64,000 bases of DNA, taken from an uncultured Nitrososphaerota archaeon (GTDB lineage: Archaea > Thermoproteota > Nitrososphaeria > Nitrososphaerales > Nitrosopumilaceae). The stretch is taken from positions 259,976-323,975 of the forward strand of contig CAWGPD010000003.1 in assembly GCA_963824385.1 (NCBI GenBank), in the 5' to 3' direction. Of the stretch, positions 30,445-41,274 are shown one piece after another. The position numbers were made by a program, and so were the translations under genes. The notes under the pieces are model-generated. The model saw only the letters and a list, made by a program, of their open reading frames with translations. It searched no databases and was not told the DNA's origin. Positions within the stretch are counted from its first letter, which is position 1. The number at the start of each line of letters is the position of its first letter.

Positions 30445-30499
30445 ACTTTTAAAAAATTAATTTTATTCTATTTATGATAAATTAAAAATAATTTTTAAT

Positions 30500-31453
30500 C
30501 TATTCTATTTGATCTAAGTTAAAATCAATCTTTACACTTGCATCTGGCTCATCCCAATCAAGAACATTGTCTTTTGGTATGAAACCAAGTGGGTCGTATC
30601 TATCAAAGCGTGTTTCACCTTCAATTGAAGTAAGTAGAACAACTTTGGAATTTTCACCTGCAGTGACTGACATACTAACTCTAGTACTATCATTTCCAAA
30701 AATTCCACTAATTGTATTTACCATTGAATTTAGAACTCCTATTGGAACCTTGTTTCCACCTACTACGTACATTAGAGTATTTTTGATGCTGTTTGCTGAT
30801 ACATCTTCGTATAACATCTTGATTGAATCTCTAAGAGATGTCTCTACATCTGAGATGTCTTTGCTGGTTGAAAGTATGCTTGTTTGAAGTGGTAATGATG
30901 AGTTCTTTAGAGTGGATATTACATGTGTTAGAGCCGAATTTGTTATGACATTACATGCATCTGGAGTAAGGTCTGGGTTGCTCTCAAGTAACGCATCATT
31001 GTCTATTATTACAGTGCAATCTGAATTTGCCTTTAGTCTCTTTAGGGAAACTCCTGAGAAGAATATTCTGTCTTTTTCAAACTTGAATGGCATGATTCCA
31101 AATGAAAGTACGCTTTTTCCTAACTCTTTGCCAATCTGAGATACTACTGGAGCCAGAGCGGCACCTGACTTTCCTGCTAAATTGGCAATAATCATTACAG
31201 TGGAATATCCGTTTATCTTGTCCTCTATAGAACCTCTTGCACCAAATGAGACACCTCTTATGAGATATGCAGATGGATTTAGGACTGGACTTGTATTGAT
31301 CAGTATTTTTGAAGCATCGTGATTTAGATCTCTTGCATCATGGCTTACCAGGAGGCACTCATAGCCAAGTTTTTCCTTGATATTAATGGCAAGTTTGCAT
31401 CCTGCTCCGCCTAAACCTACAATTAAAACTGGTTCTTTCATCTGAAATTCCAT
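30500..31453 (-). CDS. ftsZ: Divergent thaumarchaeal FtsZ-like protein
   Basis: VGLGGAG, MPFKFE, IIDND; signature loop degenerate (LAGKSGAA). Confidence 0.8.
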   Translation of the reverse strand: MEFQMKEPVLIVGLGGAGCKLAINIKEKLGYECLLVSHDARDLNHDASKILINTSPVLNPSAYLIRGVSFGARGSIEDKINGYSTVMIIANLAGKSGAALAPVVSQIGKELGKSVLSFGIMPFKFEKDRIFFSGVSLKRLKANSDCTVIIDNDALLESNPDLTPDACNVITNSALTHVISTLKNSSLPLQTSILSTSKDISDVETSLRDSIKMLYEDVSANSIKNTLMYVVGGNKVPIGVLNSMVNTISGIFGNDSTRVSMSVTAGENSKVVLLTSIEGETRFDRYDPLGFIPKDNVLDWDEPDASVKIDFNLDQIE

Positions 31454-31527
31454 GACTCCCTCTTGCTTACAAAATTGATTAAAAAACTTTGTTGCTTAGT
31501 TTTGATCCAAGATCCGATCTAAAATAT

Positions 31528-32796
31528 TTAGCTCACTAAAACGCCTTGAAGACCATTTGGCATAGCTTTTGTAATCTTGACATTGAACTTTTGACCAAGT
31601 TTGACTTTATCATCGGTAATTACTTGCTTGTATGCAAAGTTTCTTCCCTTTATGATCCCGTCTGATATCTCATCAAACAAAACTTCTCCCTTCCACCCAA
31701 TCCATTCTTCATTTCTCTCTTGAGATATCTTTTTTGCAAGGTCAAAGACTATCTTACTTCTGCGTTTGACCTCTGATACCTCAATCTGTTCCATCTGAGA
31801 AGCCTTTGTCCCAGACCTTGCACTGTATCTTGAAAGGTTTACAATATCTGGCCTAGTTTCATTTATCAAATCAACAGTTTTGATAAAGTCATCCTCAATC
31901 TCCGTGGGAAAACCCACTATGATGTCGGTAGCTATGGTAAACCTATCATATTTGTTCCTAAATGTATGATCTACATCCAAAAATATCTTTGAAGTATGTA
32001 GCCTTTTCATGTCTTTGAGGACTTTATCACTGCCACTCTGAACTGGCATGTGCAAAAACTTGAAGATTTTATCGCTTGCAAAACTTTCCAAAAGTTTGTC
32101 CTTGATACGTGGAAGGTACATTGGATTCATCATTCCAACTCTGACCATGAAATCATGCTCTATTTCAGATACTCTTTGTACTAGTTCAGGTAGGCTTGAT
32201 CCTATATCAAAACCATAACATCCATTGTCTGTTGAAGTTAGCCATACTTCTGAGCAACCGTCTTCTATCTCATGCCTTACTTGTCTTACAATGTCTCCCA
32301 GTCTGTAGCTTTGCAAATCTCCTTTGGCTAACTTTGTTTGGCAAAATGTACACTCACTCATACAACCACTTGCTATCTCAATGATTCCAACTGCGGGATT
32401 TAGTCTGACCTTTGGAAGTCCAACCTTGGTAACATCTGTGTCAGTAATCTCTATTCTTCTTGTTCCTTCTAGTGTAGAGTTGATCACATCCAAAGTTTTT
32501 CCCAAAGAATTTGGTCCAAGCAAACTTGCTTTTGGACTAAATTTTTCTACAGTGACTTGCTCTGCTTTTGGAAGACAGCCTGCAATGACAAGCGGTCTTG
32601 ATTTTAAACTCTTTATTCTGTGAACCATTTTATGTGCAGTTACATCTTTGACAGAGCAAGTAACAATGACACTCAGATCGGAATTTTTTTCATTTTCTGC
32701 AAGAGTATGTCCTCCGTTTACAATAAGGCCTGATATCATTTCAGAATCTGCAAAACTTGCAGAGCAGCCATAAGCTTCTACCCAGATCCTTGCCAT
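31528..32796 (-). CDS. mtaB: tRNA t6A37 methylthiotransferase (MtaB/MiaB-like radical SAM)
   Basis: YGCSAS, TCSV, GCMSECTFC, TDIIVGFPTE, C-terminal TRAM. Confidence 0.88.
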   Translation of the reverse strand: MARIWVEAYGCSASFADSEMISGLIVNGGHTLAENEKNSDLSVIVTCSVKDVTAHKMVHRIKSLKSRPLVIAGCLPKAEQVTVEKFSPKASLLGPNSLGKTLDVINSTLEGTRRIEITDTDVTKVGLPKVRLNPAVGIIEIASGCMSECTFCQTKLAKGDLQSYRLGDIVRQVRHEIEDGCSEVWLTSTDNGCYGFDIGSSLPELVQRVSEIEHDFMVRVGMMNPMYLPRIKDKLLESFASDKIFKFLHMPVQSGSDKVLKDMKRLHTSKIFLDVDHTFRNKYDRFTIATDIIVGFPTEIEDDFIKTVDLINETRPDIVNLSRYSARSGTKASQMEQIEVSEVKRRSKIVFDLAKKISQERNEEWIGWKGEVLFDEISDGIIKGRNFAYKQVITDDKVKLGQKFNVKITKAMPNGLQGVLVS

Positions 32797-32799
32797 TGT

Positions 32800-34161
32800 T
32801 TATCCAAGTAACGCCTTTACTTCTTTCTCAGTCAACAATCCTTTTGAGAGGACAAGTTGTCTGATTGTTTTTCCTGTCTTTAGTGATTCTTTGAAGAGGT
32901 CTGCAGATACTTGATATCCAATCTTTGGAGTTAGAAGCGTTACTATGACTGGACTATTTTCTATGTATTGACTAAGTTTTTTCTTGTTTGCAGTCAATCC
33001 ATCTACGAGATTCTTTGAGAATATTGGGACAAAATTTCTTAGCATGTCCATAGAATCTAGAACTGACTTTAACATTACGGGAAGCATTACATTGAGTTCA
33101 AACTGACCTGCCTGTGCAGCAAGTGCCACTGTAGAATCTTTTCCAATAATATCAAAGCATATCATGTTCATGCATTCAGCTAGTGATGGATTGACTTTGC
33201 CTGGCATGATTGAAGAACCAGCATGAACTGCAGGAATTCCAATTTCAGACAGACCGGCAACTGGCCCTGATGCCATTAATCTGATGTCGTTTGAGATTCG
33301 TCCAAGTTCTAGTGCGAGATTTCTAAGAGTAGATGAAACTTTGGCAACTGCAAATCTACTTTCAAGTCCAAATTGCATATCTGGTTCTGGTTTGAGTGGA
33401 AGCTTTGATATTTTTCCAAGTTCTGATATTGCCAAGACCCTGTATCCCTTTGGAGTGTTTGCTCCAGATCCTACAGCTGTTCCTCCTAAAGTAACATGTT
33501 CTAATTCTTTTTTTGCTTCAAATATTGCATCACGTGCTTTTGCAATTGCCGTAGCATATGCAGCAAATTCACTTCCAAGAGTTACAGGAAGTGCATCCAT
33601 CAAATGAGTTCTTCCAATTTTTTGATAACTTGAAAATTCCTTTGCTTTTTTTATCAATGTCTTTACAAGATCATCAATAGCTGGTATGACTTGAATTACA
33701 TCAAATAAAATTGCAACATGCATAGCCGTTGGAAAAGTATCATTGCTAGACTGGGACATGTTTACATGATCATTTGGATGAATAACTTCATAGTTTCCTT
33801 TTTTCTTTCCAATTATTTCTAATGCAATGTTTGCAATAACTTCATTTGTGTTCATGTTAAATGCAGTTCCCGCGCCAGAGTTGATTGCCTCTACAACAAA
33901 TTGATCAAGATGTTTTCCTGCCAAGACTTGATCACAGGCCTTGATGATTGCATTACCTCTTTTTTTGTCTAGTACCTTCACTTTCATATTTGCAATGGCA
34001 GCAGATCTTTTGATCATGACAAATGCCATGATAAGATATGGATGAGATCTCTGTCCAGTTACATGATACTGTTTGATGGCCCTAGCTGTAAAAGCACCAT
34101 AATACGCATCAATTGGGATCTCTACTTTGCCTAAAGAATCAGAATCTGTTCTAAACTTCAC
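32800..34161 (-). CDS. Class II fumarate hydratase / aspartate ammonia-lyase
   Basis: HPNDHVNMSQSSNDTFPTAM, GRTHLMDA, GSSIMPGKVNP; probable GTG start at 34161. Confidence 0.9.
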   Translation of the reverse strand: MKFRTDSDSLGKVEIPIDAYYGAFTARAIKQYHVTGQRSHPYLIMAFVMIKRSAAIANMKVKVLDKKRGNAIIKACDQVLAGKHLDQFVVEAINSGAGTAFNMNTNEVIANIALEIIGKKKGNYEVIHPNDHVNMSQSSNDTFPTAMHVAILFDVIQVIPAIDDLVKTLIKKAKEFSSYQKIGRTHLMDALPVTLGSEFAAYATAIAKARDAIFEAKKELEHVTLGGTAVGSGANTPKGYRVLAISELGKISKLPLKPEPDMQFGLESRFAVAKVSSTLRNLALELGRISNDIRLMASGPVAGLSEIGIPAVHAGSSIMPGKVNPSLAECMNMICFDIIGKDSTVALAAQAGQFELNVMLPVMLKSVLDSMDMLRNFVPIFSKNLVDGLTANKKKLSQYIENSPVIVTLLTPKIGYQVSADLFKESLKTGKTIRQLVLSKGLLTEKEVKALLG

Positions 34162-34296
34162 GCCAAAACTAAAATTTATTTTCCTAATATGCATTCGCAT
34201 TTCGAATATCCGCCGCGAAAAAAATAGTGATAATCTATGAATTTCTGAAGAAAATCCCCAATAAGTTAATATATTTAGATTTAAACATTCGAAACG

Positions 34297-35633
34297 ATGA
34301 ACAGACGATACAGTATGATGTCTATTGCCACAGTAGTGGCAGTAGCAGGATTATTGTTCGCAAGCACATATTCACAGACTCAGATGATTGCATCTAGTCA
34401 GAGTGTTCCTAGTGTATCAACACAGGCCTCTACAAAGGCAATCGAAGACATGGGAGGTATCCAATTACAAATGCCAGATGCATTTGCACAGATACCAGCG
34501 GATCAAGTTGATAGTATGGTCGCACAAGGACGTCACCTAGTAGATGTACAGTAGTTGCTCAAAGCACTACCTTGCCTATTATGGGCGGCGGAACCTATGA
34601 TGCATTGACCTTTAACGGTCAAGTTCCAGGACCTATTGTAAGAGCTACACAAGGCGATATCGTCAGAGTGACTCTTACTGTACCAGCAACTGAACCAACA
34701 GGACACTCCATAGACATGCACGCAGGTCAACTTAGTGCAACAAACTTTGGAGCTGTAAAACCTGGTCACAACGCAACCTATGCATACATAGCTGAGGTGC
34801 CTGGTGCATTCAAGTATCACTGTGAAGGAGTCAATCTAAGCTGCAATGGATCAACATGTGTTGTCCGGCATGTACGGAGTAACAATCGTTGACCCATTGA
34901 ATGGATACAGTCCATTGATAGTAGATCACACTGATGTCCAAAATGGTCAAGTCGTAATCGTACATCAAAGATATGAACCTGCAGCAAAAGAATTTGTGTT
35001 ACAGTACAACCAATTGTACTTGAACGCAGATGGCAGCTTCAATGAGCAAGCAATGTTCCTTCATAATACAACACAAACTGTTGTAAACGGATTGGCATTT
35101 GGTTATACACCCAACGCAGATATTAACAAGCTGATAAAAGGTGATCCAACCAAGAATGTCTTCCCAGTGCAACCTTGGAATGACGATAGTTTGAAACAAT
35201 ATCAAGGACATCCATTATTTGTTGATCTTGATACTCACTACAGAATCTTTGTAGTCAATCAAGGTAACATGCCAGTATTCTTCCACATTGTTGGTAGCAT
35301 GCTACTCGTGTGTCACAAGGAAACCATATCCAGGCTGAAGGAAGTCAGACTTGGTTAATTGGTGGCTCACAGGATGCAATAGTTGATGTTGTCTTTAACA
35401 GTCCAGGCGCATATGTAGCAGTCAATCACGACTATGCAGCAATCTTTACAGGTGCGGCTACCGTATTTGTCGCAGGTGACCCATTCAAATTAGGATATGG
35501 TCCAGGTGACATGCCAAACCCATCTGATGCAGTACCTCCATTAGGTCCAAACTCTATTCCACAAAAGGAAGTTGTTCACTGTGAATGTACTGATGCAAGA
35601 GCTGCAGAACTTGCGACAACAATAAGCGGGTAA
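34297..35633 (+). CDS. nirK: Copper-containing nitrite reductase of AOA type, split by three apparent frameshifts (~34550, ~34838, ~35303)
   Basis: Signal peptide; TFNGQVPGP, HSIDMHA, KYHC, DQHVLSGMYG, FFHIVG, AVNHDYA spread over four consecutive ORF pieces. Confidence 0.88.
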
Positions 35634-35639
35634 ATCCCC

Positions 35640-35662
35640 AATCTTTTCTCTTTTTATTTTTC
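35640..35662 (+). terminator. Oligo-pyrimidine/T tract after nirK (archaeal intrinsic terminator)
   Basis: TCTTTTCTCTTTTTATTTTT directly after stop. Confidence 0.5.
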
Positions 35663-35706
35663 TAATTCACACAATGATTATATTCTGTACTTGATGGCTT
35701 TCTTTC

Positions 35707-36639
35707 ATGTCGATGAATCAATCAGTTTTAATTTGTGATCAAGTGGCACCAATCCTAAATGAAATTCTGCAAAAAAATGGATTAAAAATCACATACGAGC
35801 CAGAAATAACACCTGACCAAATTAAAGAAAAGATTTCTAGTTTTGATGTTGTTGTAGTTAGAAGTCGGACAAAGATTACTAAAGATATGATCGACAACGC
35901 TACCCAATGTAAGATAATTGCACGTGTAGGAGTAGGTCTTGATAATATTGATGTTGATGCGGCAAAGGCAAAAAACATTCGCGTCATAAATGCAGTAGAA
36001 GGGGCAATGAATGCAGTTGCAGAGCTTGTTTTAGGATTGATGCTTTCAATGGCAAGAGAAATTCCAAGAGCTGACAGAGAGATTCGAAACGGCAAGTGGC
36101 TCAAAAAAGAACTCATGGGAATTGAATTGTCTGGAAAATATCTTGGTATAGTTGGTCTTGGAAACATAGGAAAAAGACTTGCAAAACTTGCAAGGGGACT
36201 GAACATGAATATCATTGGCTTTGATGTAATGCCAATTGCAGATGATTTTGCACGCGATGTGGGATTGATAAAAGCAGATATTGACACGCTGCTCTCAAGT
36301 GCCGACTTTGTCTCATTTCATGTTCCACTGACTGATGATACTAATCATCTGGTAAATGCCAAAAGACTTGCTACAATGAAAAAGACTGCATATATCATTA
36401 ACACATCAAGAGGAGAAATTATTGATGAAGATGCGTTATATGACGCACTCAAAGAGGGAAAGATTGCAGGTGCAGCATTGGATGTATTTGAAAAGGAGCC
36501 TGCAACTGGCAACAAACTTGCAACACTTTCAAATGTAGTATGTACGCCACATATTGGTGCACAGACAAAAGAAGCCCAGACACTTGCTGCAAATGTAATT
36601 GGAGAGAAAATAATTATGATTCTTCGCGGCGTTATCTGA
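35707..36639 (+). CDS. serA: D-3-phosphoglycerate dehydrogenase / D-2-hydroxyacid dehydrogenase
   Basis: ARVGVGLDNID, GLGNIG, INTSRG, DVFEKEP, TPHIGA. Confidence 0.85.
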   Translation: MSMNQSVLICDQVAPILNEILQKNGLKITYEPEITPDQIKEKISSFDVVVVRSRTKITKDMIDNATQCKIIARVGVGLDNIDVDAAKAKNIRVINAVEGAMNAVAELVLGLMLSMAREIPRADREIRNGKWLKKELMGIELSGKYLGIVGLGNIGKRLAKLARGLNMNIIGFDVMPIADDFARDVGLIKADIDTLLSSADFVSFHVPLTDDTNHLVNAKRLATMKKTAYIINTSRGEIIDEDALYDALKEGKIAGAALDVFEKEPATGNKLATLSNVVCTPHIGAQTKEAQTLAANVIGEKIIMILRGVI

Positions 36640-37269
36640 TTAAATTATAATAATTCCCTTCTGAATCAAGTATTGCATGCTTGAGCCAAATTCATTATCT
36701 GATATGAGATCCTCCGACCATAAATTTGCAGTATTTTTGAACCATTGTGGTATGTATGCTACCTGATCTGTTTGATTGTTATAGTTTGCAACATTGATTA
36801 TGTTGTCATTGATTAATTCGCGAATCAATCCTGCGTAGTCGTTATCAGTTGGAGATCCTTGTTGCCATGTCTTGACTAAAGTTTTGAATTCGGTTGGTAT
36901 GGCAATTTTACCAGAATCGATCAGGTCAAAGGAAACAGTTGCATTGTCGTCTCCATATTTTGCATCGATATGATAAATTCCTGGACTAAAAGTTGTCTTG
37001 TAAAAAGGAATCGGTGCAATCTGTGTGTAATTCAATGTATTTATCGGTATGTTGATTGGCGAACTTGCTCTGTCAGAACTATCTGATATCTGGATGATGA
37101 TATTACTTCCAGTCAATTCTGAAACTTGAAAATTTATGGAAAGAAAATCACCGTATTCATAAACTGGCTTGCTGGTTGATATCTCAAGAGATGCAGCTGC
37201 AGAACTTTGTAAACTGATGGATAATGCTACAACTATGACTAGTATGAGGATTCTTCTTGACCAATTCAT
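36640..37269 (-). CDS. Exported protein with thaumarchaeal IPxW(F/I)KN C-terminal domain
   Basis: Signal peptide; IPQWFKNTANLWS..ISDNEF...MQYLIQKGII. Confidence 0.7.
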   Translation of the reverse strand: MNWSRRILILVIVVALSISLQSSAAASLEISTSKPVYEYGDFLSINFQVSELTGSNIIIQISDSSDRASSPINIPINTLNYTQIAPIPFYKTTFSPGIYHIDAKYGDDNATVSFDLIDSGKIAIPTEFKTLVKTWQQGSPTDNDYAGLIRELINDNIINVANYNNQTDQVAYIPQWFKNTANLWSEDLISDNEFGSSMQYLIQKGIIII

Positions 37270-37388
37270 GGAAATTAAGAAAAAATCAATTTCATAAATA
37301 GTCTTCCCTGAAACTAGAGCTTAATTTTCTGACTACGCCGCGCCTAATTTTCTAACAGAATATAAAGGGTAAATTTGTAGTGCCGAGT

Positions 37389-37847
37389 ATGCCTAGTATC
37401 CAAGATCAAGTCTGGATAAAAATGTGGAAAGAAAATTCTCCAGAGCTTAGAGCCAAGGCTGTAGAATGGAGAAAACAAAATGCCCTAGTGCGTATTGATA
37501 GACCCAGCAGGATCCAAAGAGCTAGAAGACTAGGATACAAAGCAAAACAAGGTATTGTTGTAGTCAGAATGCGTGTGGGTAAAGGTAACATGCGCAAGAA
37601 AAGACCAGTTGCAGGAAGAAGACCAAAACACCTTGGTGTGCTTAGAATAAAACCCGCACTTAGCATGCAACGAGTTGCAGAACGCAGAGTACTTGAGAGA
37701 TTTCCTAACATGAATTTACTTGGTTCATACTATCTTCATCAAGACGGCTTGTATCTTTGGTATGAAGTAATCCTTGCAGATGTATCGCATCCAAGAATTG
37801 TAAAAGACAAAGAGCTACGTGGTAAACTAGCTGTTTTGAAAAATTGA
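37389..37847 (+). CDS. rpl15e: Ribosomal protein L15e
   Basis: RARRLGYKAKQG, GRRPK, AERRV, WYEVIL. Confidence 0.95.
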   Translation: MPSIQDQVWIKMWKENSPELRAKAVEWRKQNALVRIDRPSRIQRARRLGYKAKQGIVVVRMRVGKGNMRKKRPVAGRRPKHLGVLRIKPALSMQRVAERRVLERFPNMNLLGSYYLHQDGLYLWYEVILADVSHPRIVKDKELRGKLAVLKN

Positions 37848-38377
37848 GAAATCAAATTTTCTTGTCATGTGTATTGTTGATGAGTTTGTTATCGGTGCCA
37901 GCTTTTGCGCAACAACCTTCAACCTCCAATGAAACTCTCGCACAACCACCAAACAACATTAAAAATCTTAACCACCCTGGAATAAAATGGGACTGGCAAA
38001 TTAATGCAGGAAATTATACATTTGATGTAAGTACAGTCTCAAACTATGACATGACCAATGTTACTTTTAATCAAATCAACAAGGAATTGATTTTTACTGG
38101 TAATAGTACTCATGATCAAAGTATTGCTGAAATTGAAATACCGCATAATTTGATTGGAGGAACTCTGACTGTATCTCAAGATGAAAAACCAATTCACGCA
38201 ATAGTAATTTCTGGTACGAACGACTCTACTATAATGCTCAAATTTAATCAGACTGGTTTGACTACAACAAGTGTTGTAGGAACTACATATCTTCCTGAAT
38301 TTTCAAGTATTGCCCCTCTTGTAATGGTACTCTCAATTGTAATAGTTTTATTTACAACAAGACTTGGCAGATTCTAA
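37844..38377 (+). CDS. Surface protein with PEF(G)-CTERM-like sorting signal
   Basis: Signal peptide; C-terminal LPEF + TM + basic tail. Confidence 0.7.
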   Translation: MRNQIFLSCVLLMSLLSVPAFAQQPSTSNETLAQPPNNIKNLNHPGIKWDWQINAGNYTFDVSTVSNYDMTNVTFNQINKELIFTGNSTHDQSIAEIEIPHNLIGGTLTVSQDEKPIHAIVISGTNDSTIMLKFNQTGLTTTSVVGTTYLPEFSSIAPLVMVLSIVIVLFTTRLGRF

Positions 38378-39063
38378 AATCCATTGTTATAGTCTTCCCA
38401 CATGTTTGCTCTAGTGGTAAGCTTGTTCATCTGATAAAATATTCCGCCTACGATGCCTGCCTGATAAAATGCATATAGGTAAACCTGTGAGTGTGTAGGG
38501 TCTGTATGACTAAAAGTTAATGCGAGCATGGAAAAGAAGACGTATGTTCCAACAAATGTAAATAACTTGCTAAATATTCCTTCCATGCCAACTATTCTTT
38601 TTGTTGCAGCAGCCATTATCGTTATGCTTGATATAATTAGAAATGTCAATCCTCCATTTTCTTGAATGAAATCTGTTACCCATGGAATCAAACCATCACT
38701 AAAAATTGATCTGTGTGATGGTTGTGCACCCCCGTGAAGCGCAAAAGAGACTGATGTAAATATTGCACCCATCATAAACAAAAACAAGAATCCTTTGAAG
38801 AATGCACGTTTTAGGGGACTTCGAGATTCGGAAGGTTGCATTACCCTGTCAGTTATTTTAAGACCATACAGAAGGCCTATTCCAAAAGAAGGAGCAAACA
38901 TTAAATCAATAATTAGAGGAGTCTGTTTTGTAATTTTATCAATATCTGGTCCAAATATCAGATACACTACAAGTGCCAATACTGCCGCACCGACAAATAT
39001 TCCAATGTCTATTGGACTCCTGTTCTTTCTAATTTCCAATAGATCTCCTCCCCACTCGTCCAA
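38374..39063 (-). CDS. Hypothetical multi-pass membrane protein
   Basis: 229-aa ORF with about 6 hydrophobic segments. Confidence 0.7.
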   Translation of the reverse strand: MDEWGGDLLEIRKNRSPIDIGIFVGAAVLALVVYLIFGPDIDKITKQTPLIIDLMFAPSFGIGLLYGLKITDRVMQPSESRSPLKRAFFKGFLFLFMMGAIFTSVSFALHGGAQPSHRSIFSDGLIPWVTDFIQENGGLTFLIISSITIMAAATKRIVGMEGIFSKLFTFVGTYVFFSMLALTFSHTDPTHSQVYLYAFYQAGIVGGIFYQMNKLTTRANMWEDYNNGF

Positions 39064-39157
39064 TCTGATATTGTTTCTTAAAAAATAGATTAAAGAAAGA
39101 AATCCAAAGAATCTTGCCTATTTTATCAACTCATTTTGCCTTTTATCTAAGGCTTGA

Positions 39158-39382
39158 ATGTATACCTGTATGAGGATAGGTTTTACAATAATGGGTATTG
39201 GTATAACCACTTTGATTTTTGGTATTATATTCTATTTACAAGGAAATTCTTTAGTTGGCCCTACTTACTCGTTTATGTATTCAAATCCGAAATGGATTGT
39301 TAACGGACAATGGATTGCCGTCAGCGGAGTGTTGATCTTAGCAGCAGGTCTTGGAATCAGCTTACGACGCCCAAGGTCATAG
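39158..39382 (+). CDS. Small two-TM membrane protein
   Basis: FYLQG..VGP..SFMY.NPKW pattern between two TM helices. Confidence 0.65.
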   Translation: MYTCMRIGFTIMGIGITTLIFGIIFYLQGNSLVGPTYSFMYSNPKWIVNGQWIAVSGVLILAAGLGISLRRPRS

Positions 39383-39587
39383 TTGATCTAACCTTGGACA
39401 ATTGACGAATCTTTTTTGTAATCATGTGGTCCATCTGGGCTTCTGTGTCGGTCTCAGCTTCCACTACGATGTCATAATCCCCGTAAACTACTCTTGCATC
39501 CTTTACTTTGTCTATTTTCTTCAATTTCTCAACAATTTCGTTTTCTGCACCAAGCTCGCAACCGATCAAAACGTATGCTTTTTCCAT
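39357..39587 (-). CDS. Stand-alone Lrp/AsnC ligand-binding domain protein
   Basis: AYVLI.CELG, GDYDIVV, IRQLSKVRSTMTL. Confidence 0.85.
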   Translation of the reverse strand: MEKAYVLIGCELGAENEIVEKLKKIDKVKDARVVYGDYDIVVEAETDTEAQMDHMITKKIRQLSKVRSTMTLGVVS

Positions 39588-39717
39588 ATTGTATTAAATT
39601 AAAACAAGCTTAAATCCTTATTCATAGATCCAAGTCATAATTCCTGCTAAATTATGCTACGGGTGCTTTTTTATAATTTTTCTTATATTGTAATTCTAAT
39701 AATGAGCATGGGATTAA

Positions 39718-40005
39718 ATGGCGGCTCTTGGAAATCTCATTATGGGTCTCTTTGGAAAGTCAAAACAAAATAATGCTGAAATTCAACAGATGAGGGCACT
39801 GCTTGATAACTTTCAATTTGCTGATCTTCAATCTTTTTGTACTAATGTCATAGGGGAAAATCCTGCAATGGATGAACAGCATCTATCCAGCATCGAAGTA
39901 CTTGGTTTCATCTGGGAGAAATATCATAAGGGAAAAATACAGTTTTCACAGCTAAAGGAATTTGCACTAAAACATAATATTATAACAGAAAACTTTTTTG
40001 AATAA
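39718..40005 (+). CDS. Hypothetical protein
   Basis: 95-aa ORF filling an otherwise empty gap. Confidence 0.55.
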   Translation: MAALGNLIMGLFGKSKQNNAEIQQMRALLDNFQFADLQSFCTNVIGENPAMDEQHLSSIEVLGFIWEKYHKGKIQFSQLKEFALKHNIITENFFE

Positions 40006-40071
40006 AATACAAAATTCGTATATTGAACATATTTAGAATTTTTAATTATAATGATTGATTTATGCTCAAAC

Positions 40072-41271
40072 CTAGAATCCTGCGGAAACTGGGTCTGATG
40101 GCTTCATTATCTCACGTAACAGAATGGTTGCATATGAGCCTCTTGAAAGCGTAAAATCAACATATGGCTCCTTTATTGCAAAATCATTACACCGCATTGT
40201 AACTTGTCTAAACCCTCCTTCTTCACTTGCTTCTTGCATCTCTTTTACAAAAAAATCTTTTGGGGTTATTTGCTGGTCTGCAAGAATCTGAGATATGAAA
40301 TTGTCAAATCTGTTCTTTTTTGAATATGAATATCCTACCAGAGGTATTGTTAATCTTTGTTGAGGATCATTTTGGTATCTTCCAAGATTGTCATCTTTAT
40401 CAAAACAAACATCTCCTAGTTGTGGTTGTAGTAGTTCTTCACCAAACTTGTATGCCATTGACACTGTTTGGTTAAATACAAATGATTGAAAGGCCTCAAC
40501 AAAAAATCTTCGTAATTGTATTGGTATTGCTCGTAATGCTCTTAATGCATCTCCATGATTTATCATTTCATCTAATACTATTCTTTCAATATCCATCTGT
40601 GGTGGAACCTCATTGAATGTTTTTGAATAATTTGATTTATCCTTGAGCATTTCTCGTATCTTGTTGTTGTGCGGTAAATCATATTCTGAGGTGTATGAAA
40701 GTAATGTCTCTACGGCGTACTCAAAATTTTTCTGTAAGATGGCTTTTCCTATAAGATGTGATACTGGTCTTCTACTTCCAAATCGTTGATATCCAAAAAA
40801 GTTGAGAATCTTGTCTTGTTCGTTGAACTGGGAGATCTTTGTAAAGTCTGCATCTTCTATCTTTATCTTGAAATGATTTCCAATCATGTCTTTTTTTGTC
40901 AGAGGCTTTTGGAGCAGGCCAATTTTTTCAAGCGTATACCTATTTGTAACTAGAGAATTAGTAGACCTTCCAGTTGTCATGTCGCAAACATACTGTTCTG
41001 TTGTGGCATTTGCATCCTTGAGGCCTAGCGCCTTGAGTCTTAATCCATATTTTGTGAAAATATCTGATAATGCATGATTTGTATCAATACCATGTTTCTT
41101 TAGCTTGTATACTGCATAACTTCCTGAGGCAGAAATTTTCTCAAGGGATTTTCCTCGTAATATTTCTGTGACAAAGAACTGTTCTGGAGATGATTTTATC
41201 CTACCCCCAATGCCTTCTGTTTTAGTACTATGTGTAGAAATCCCAATCAGTTTGTCTAGATTGGGAACCAC
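40072..41271 (-). CDS. truD: tRNA pseudouridine(13) synthase
   Basis: GLKDANA, GNHFKI, NFFGYQRFG, LSRGSYATILLRE. Confidence 0.93.
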   Translation of the reverse strand: MVPNLDKLIGISTHSTKTEGIGGRIKSSPEQFFVTEILRGKSLEKISASGSYAVYKLKKHGIDTNHALSDIFTKYGLRLKALGLKDANATTEQYVCDMTTGRSTNSLVTNRYTLEKIGLLQKPLTKKDMIGNHFKIKIEDADFTKISQFNEQDKILNFFGYQRFGSRRPVSHLIGKAILQKNFEYAVETLLSYTSEYDLPHNNKIREMLKDKSNYSKTFNEVPPQMDIERIVLDEMINHGDALRALRAIPIQLRRFFVEAFQSFVFNQTVSMAYKFGEELLQPQLGDVCFDKDDNLGRYQNDPQQRLTIPLVGYSYSKKNRFDNFISQILADQQITPKDFFVKEMQEASEEGGFRQVTMRCNDFAIKEPYVDFTLSRGSYATILLREIMKPSDPVSAGF

Positions 41272-41274
41272 TTC

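Noticed and set aside
32800..34161. Possible missing argH
   Set aside because: Same superfamily, but GSSIMPGKVNP and HPNDHVN motifs are FumC/AspA-type, not ArgH (SSIMPQKKNP)
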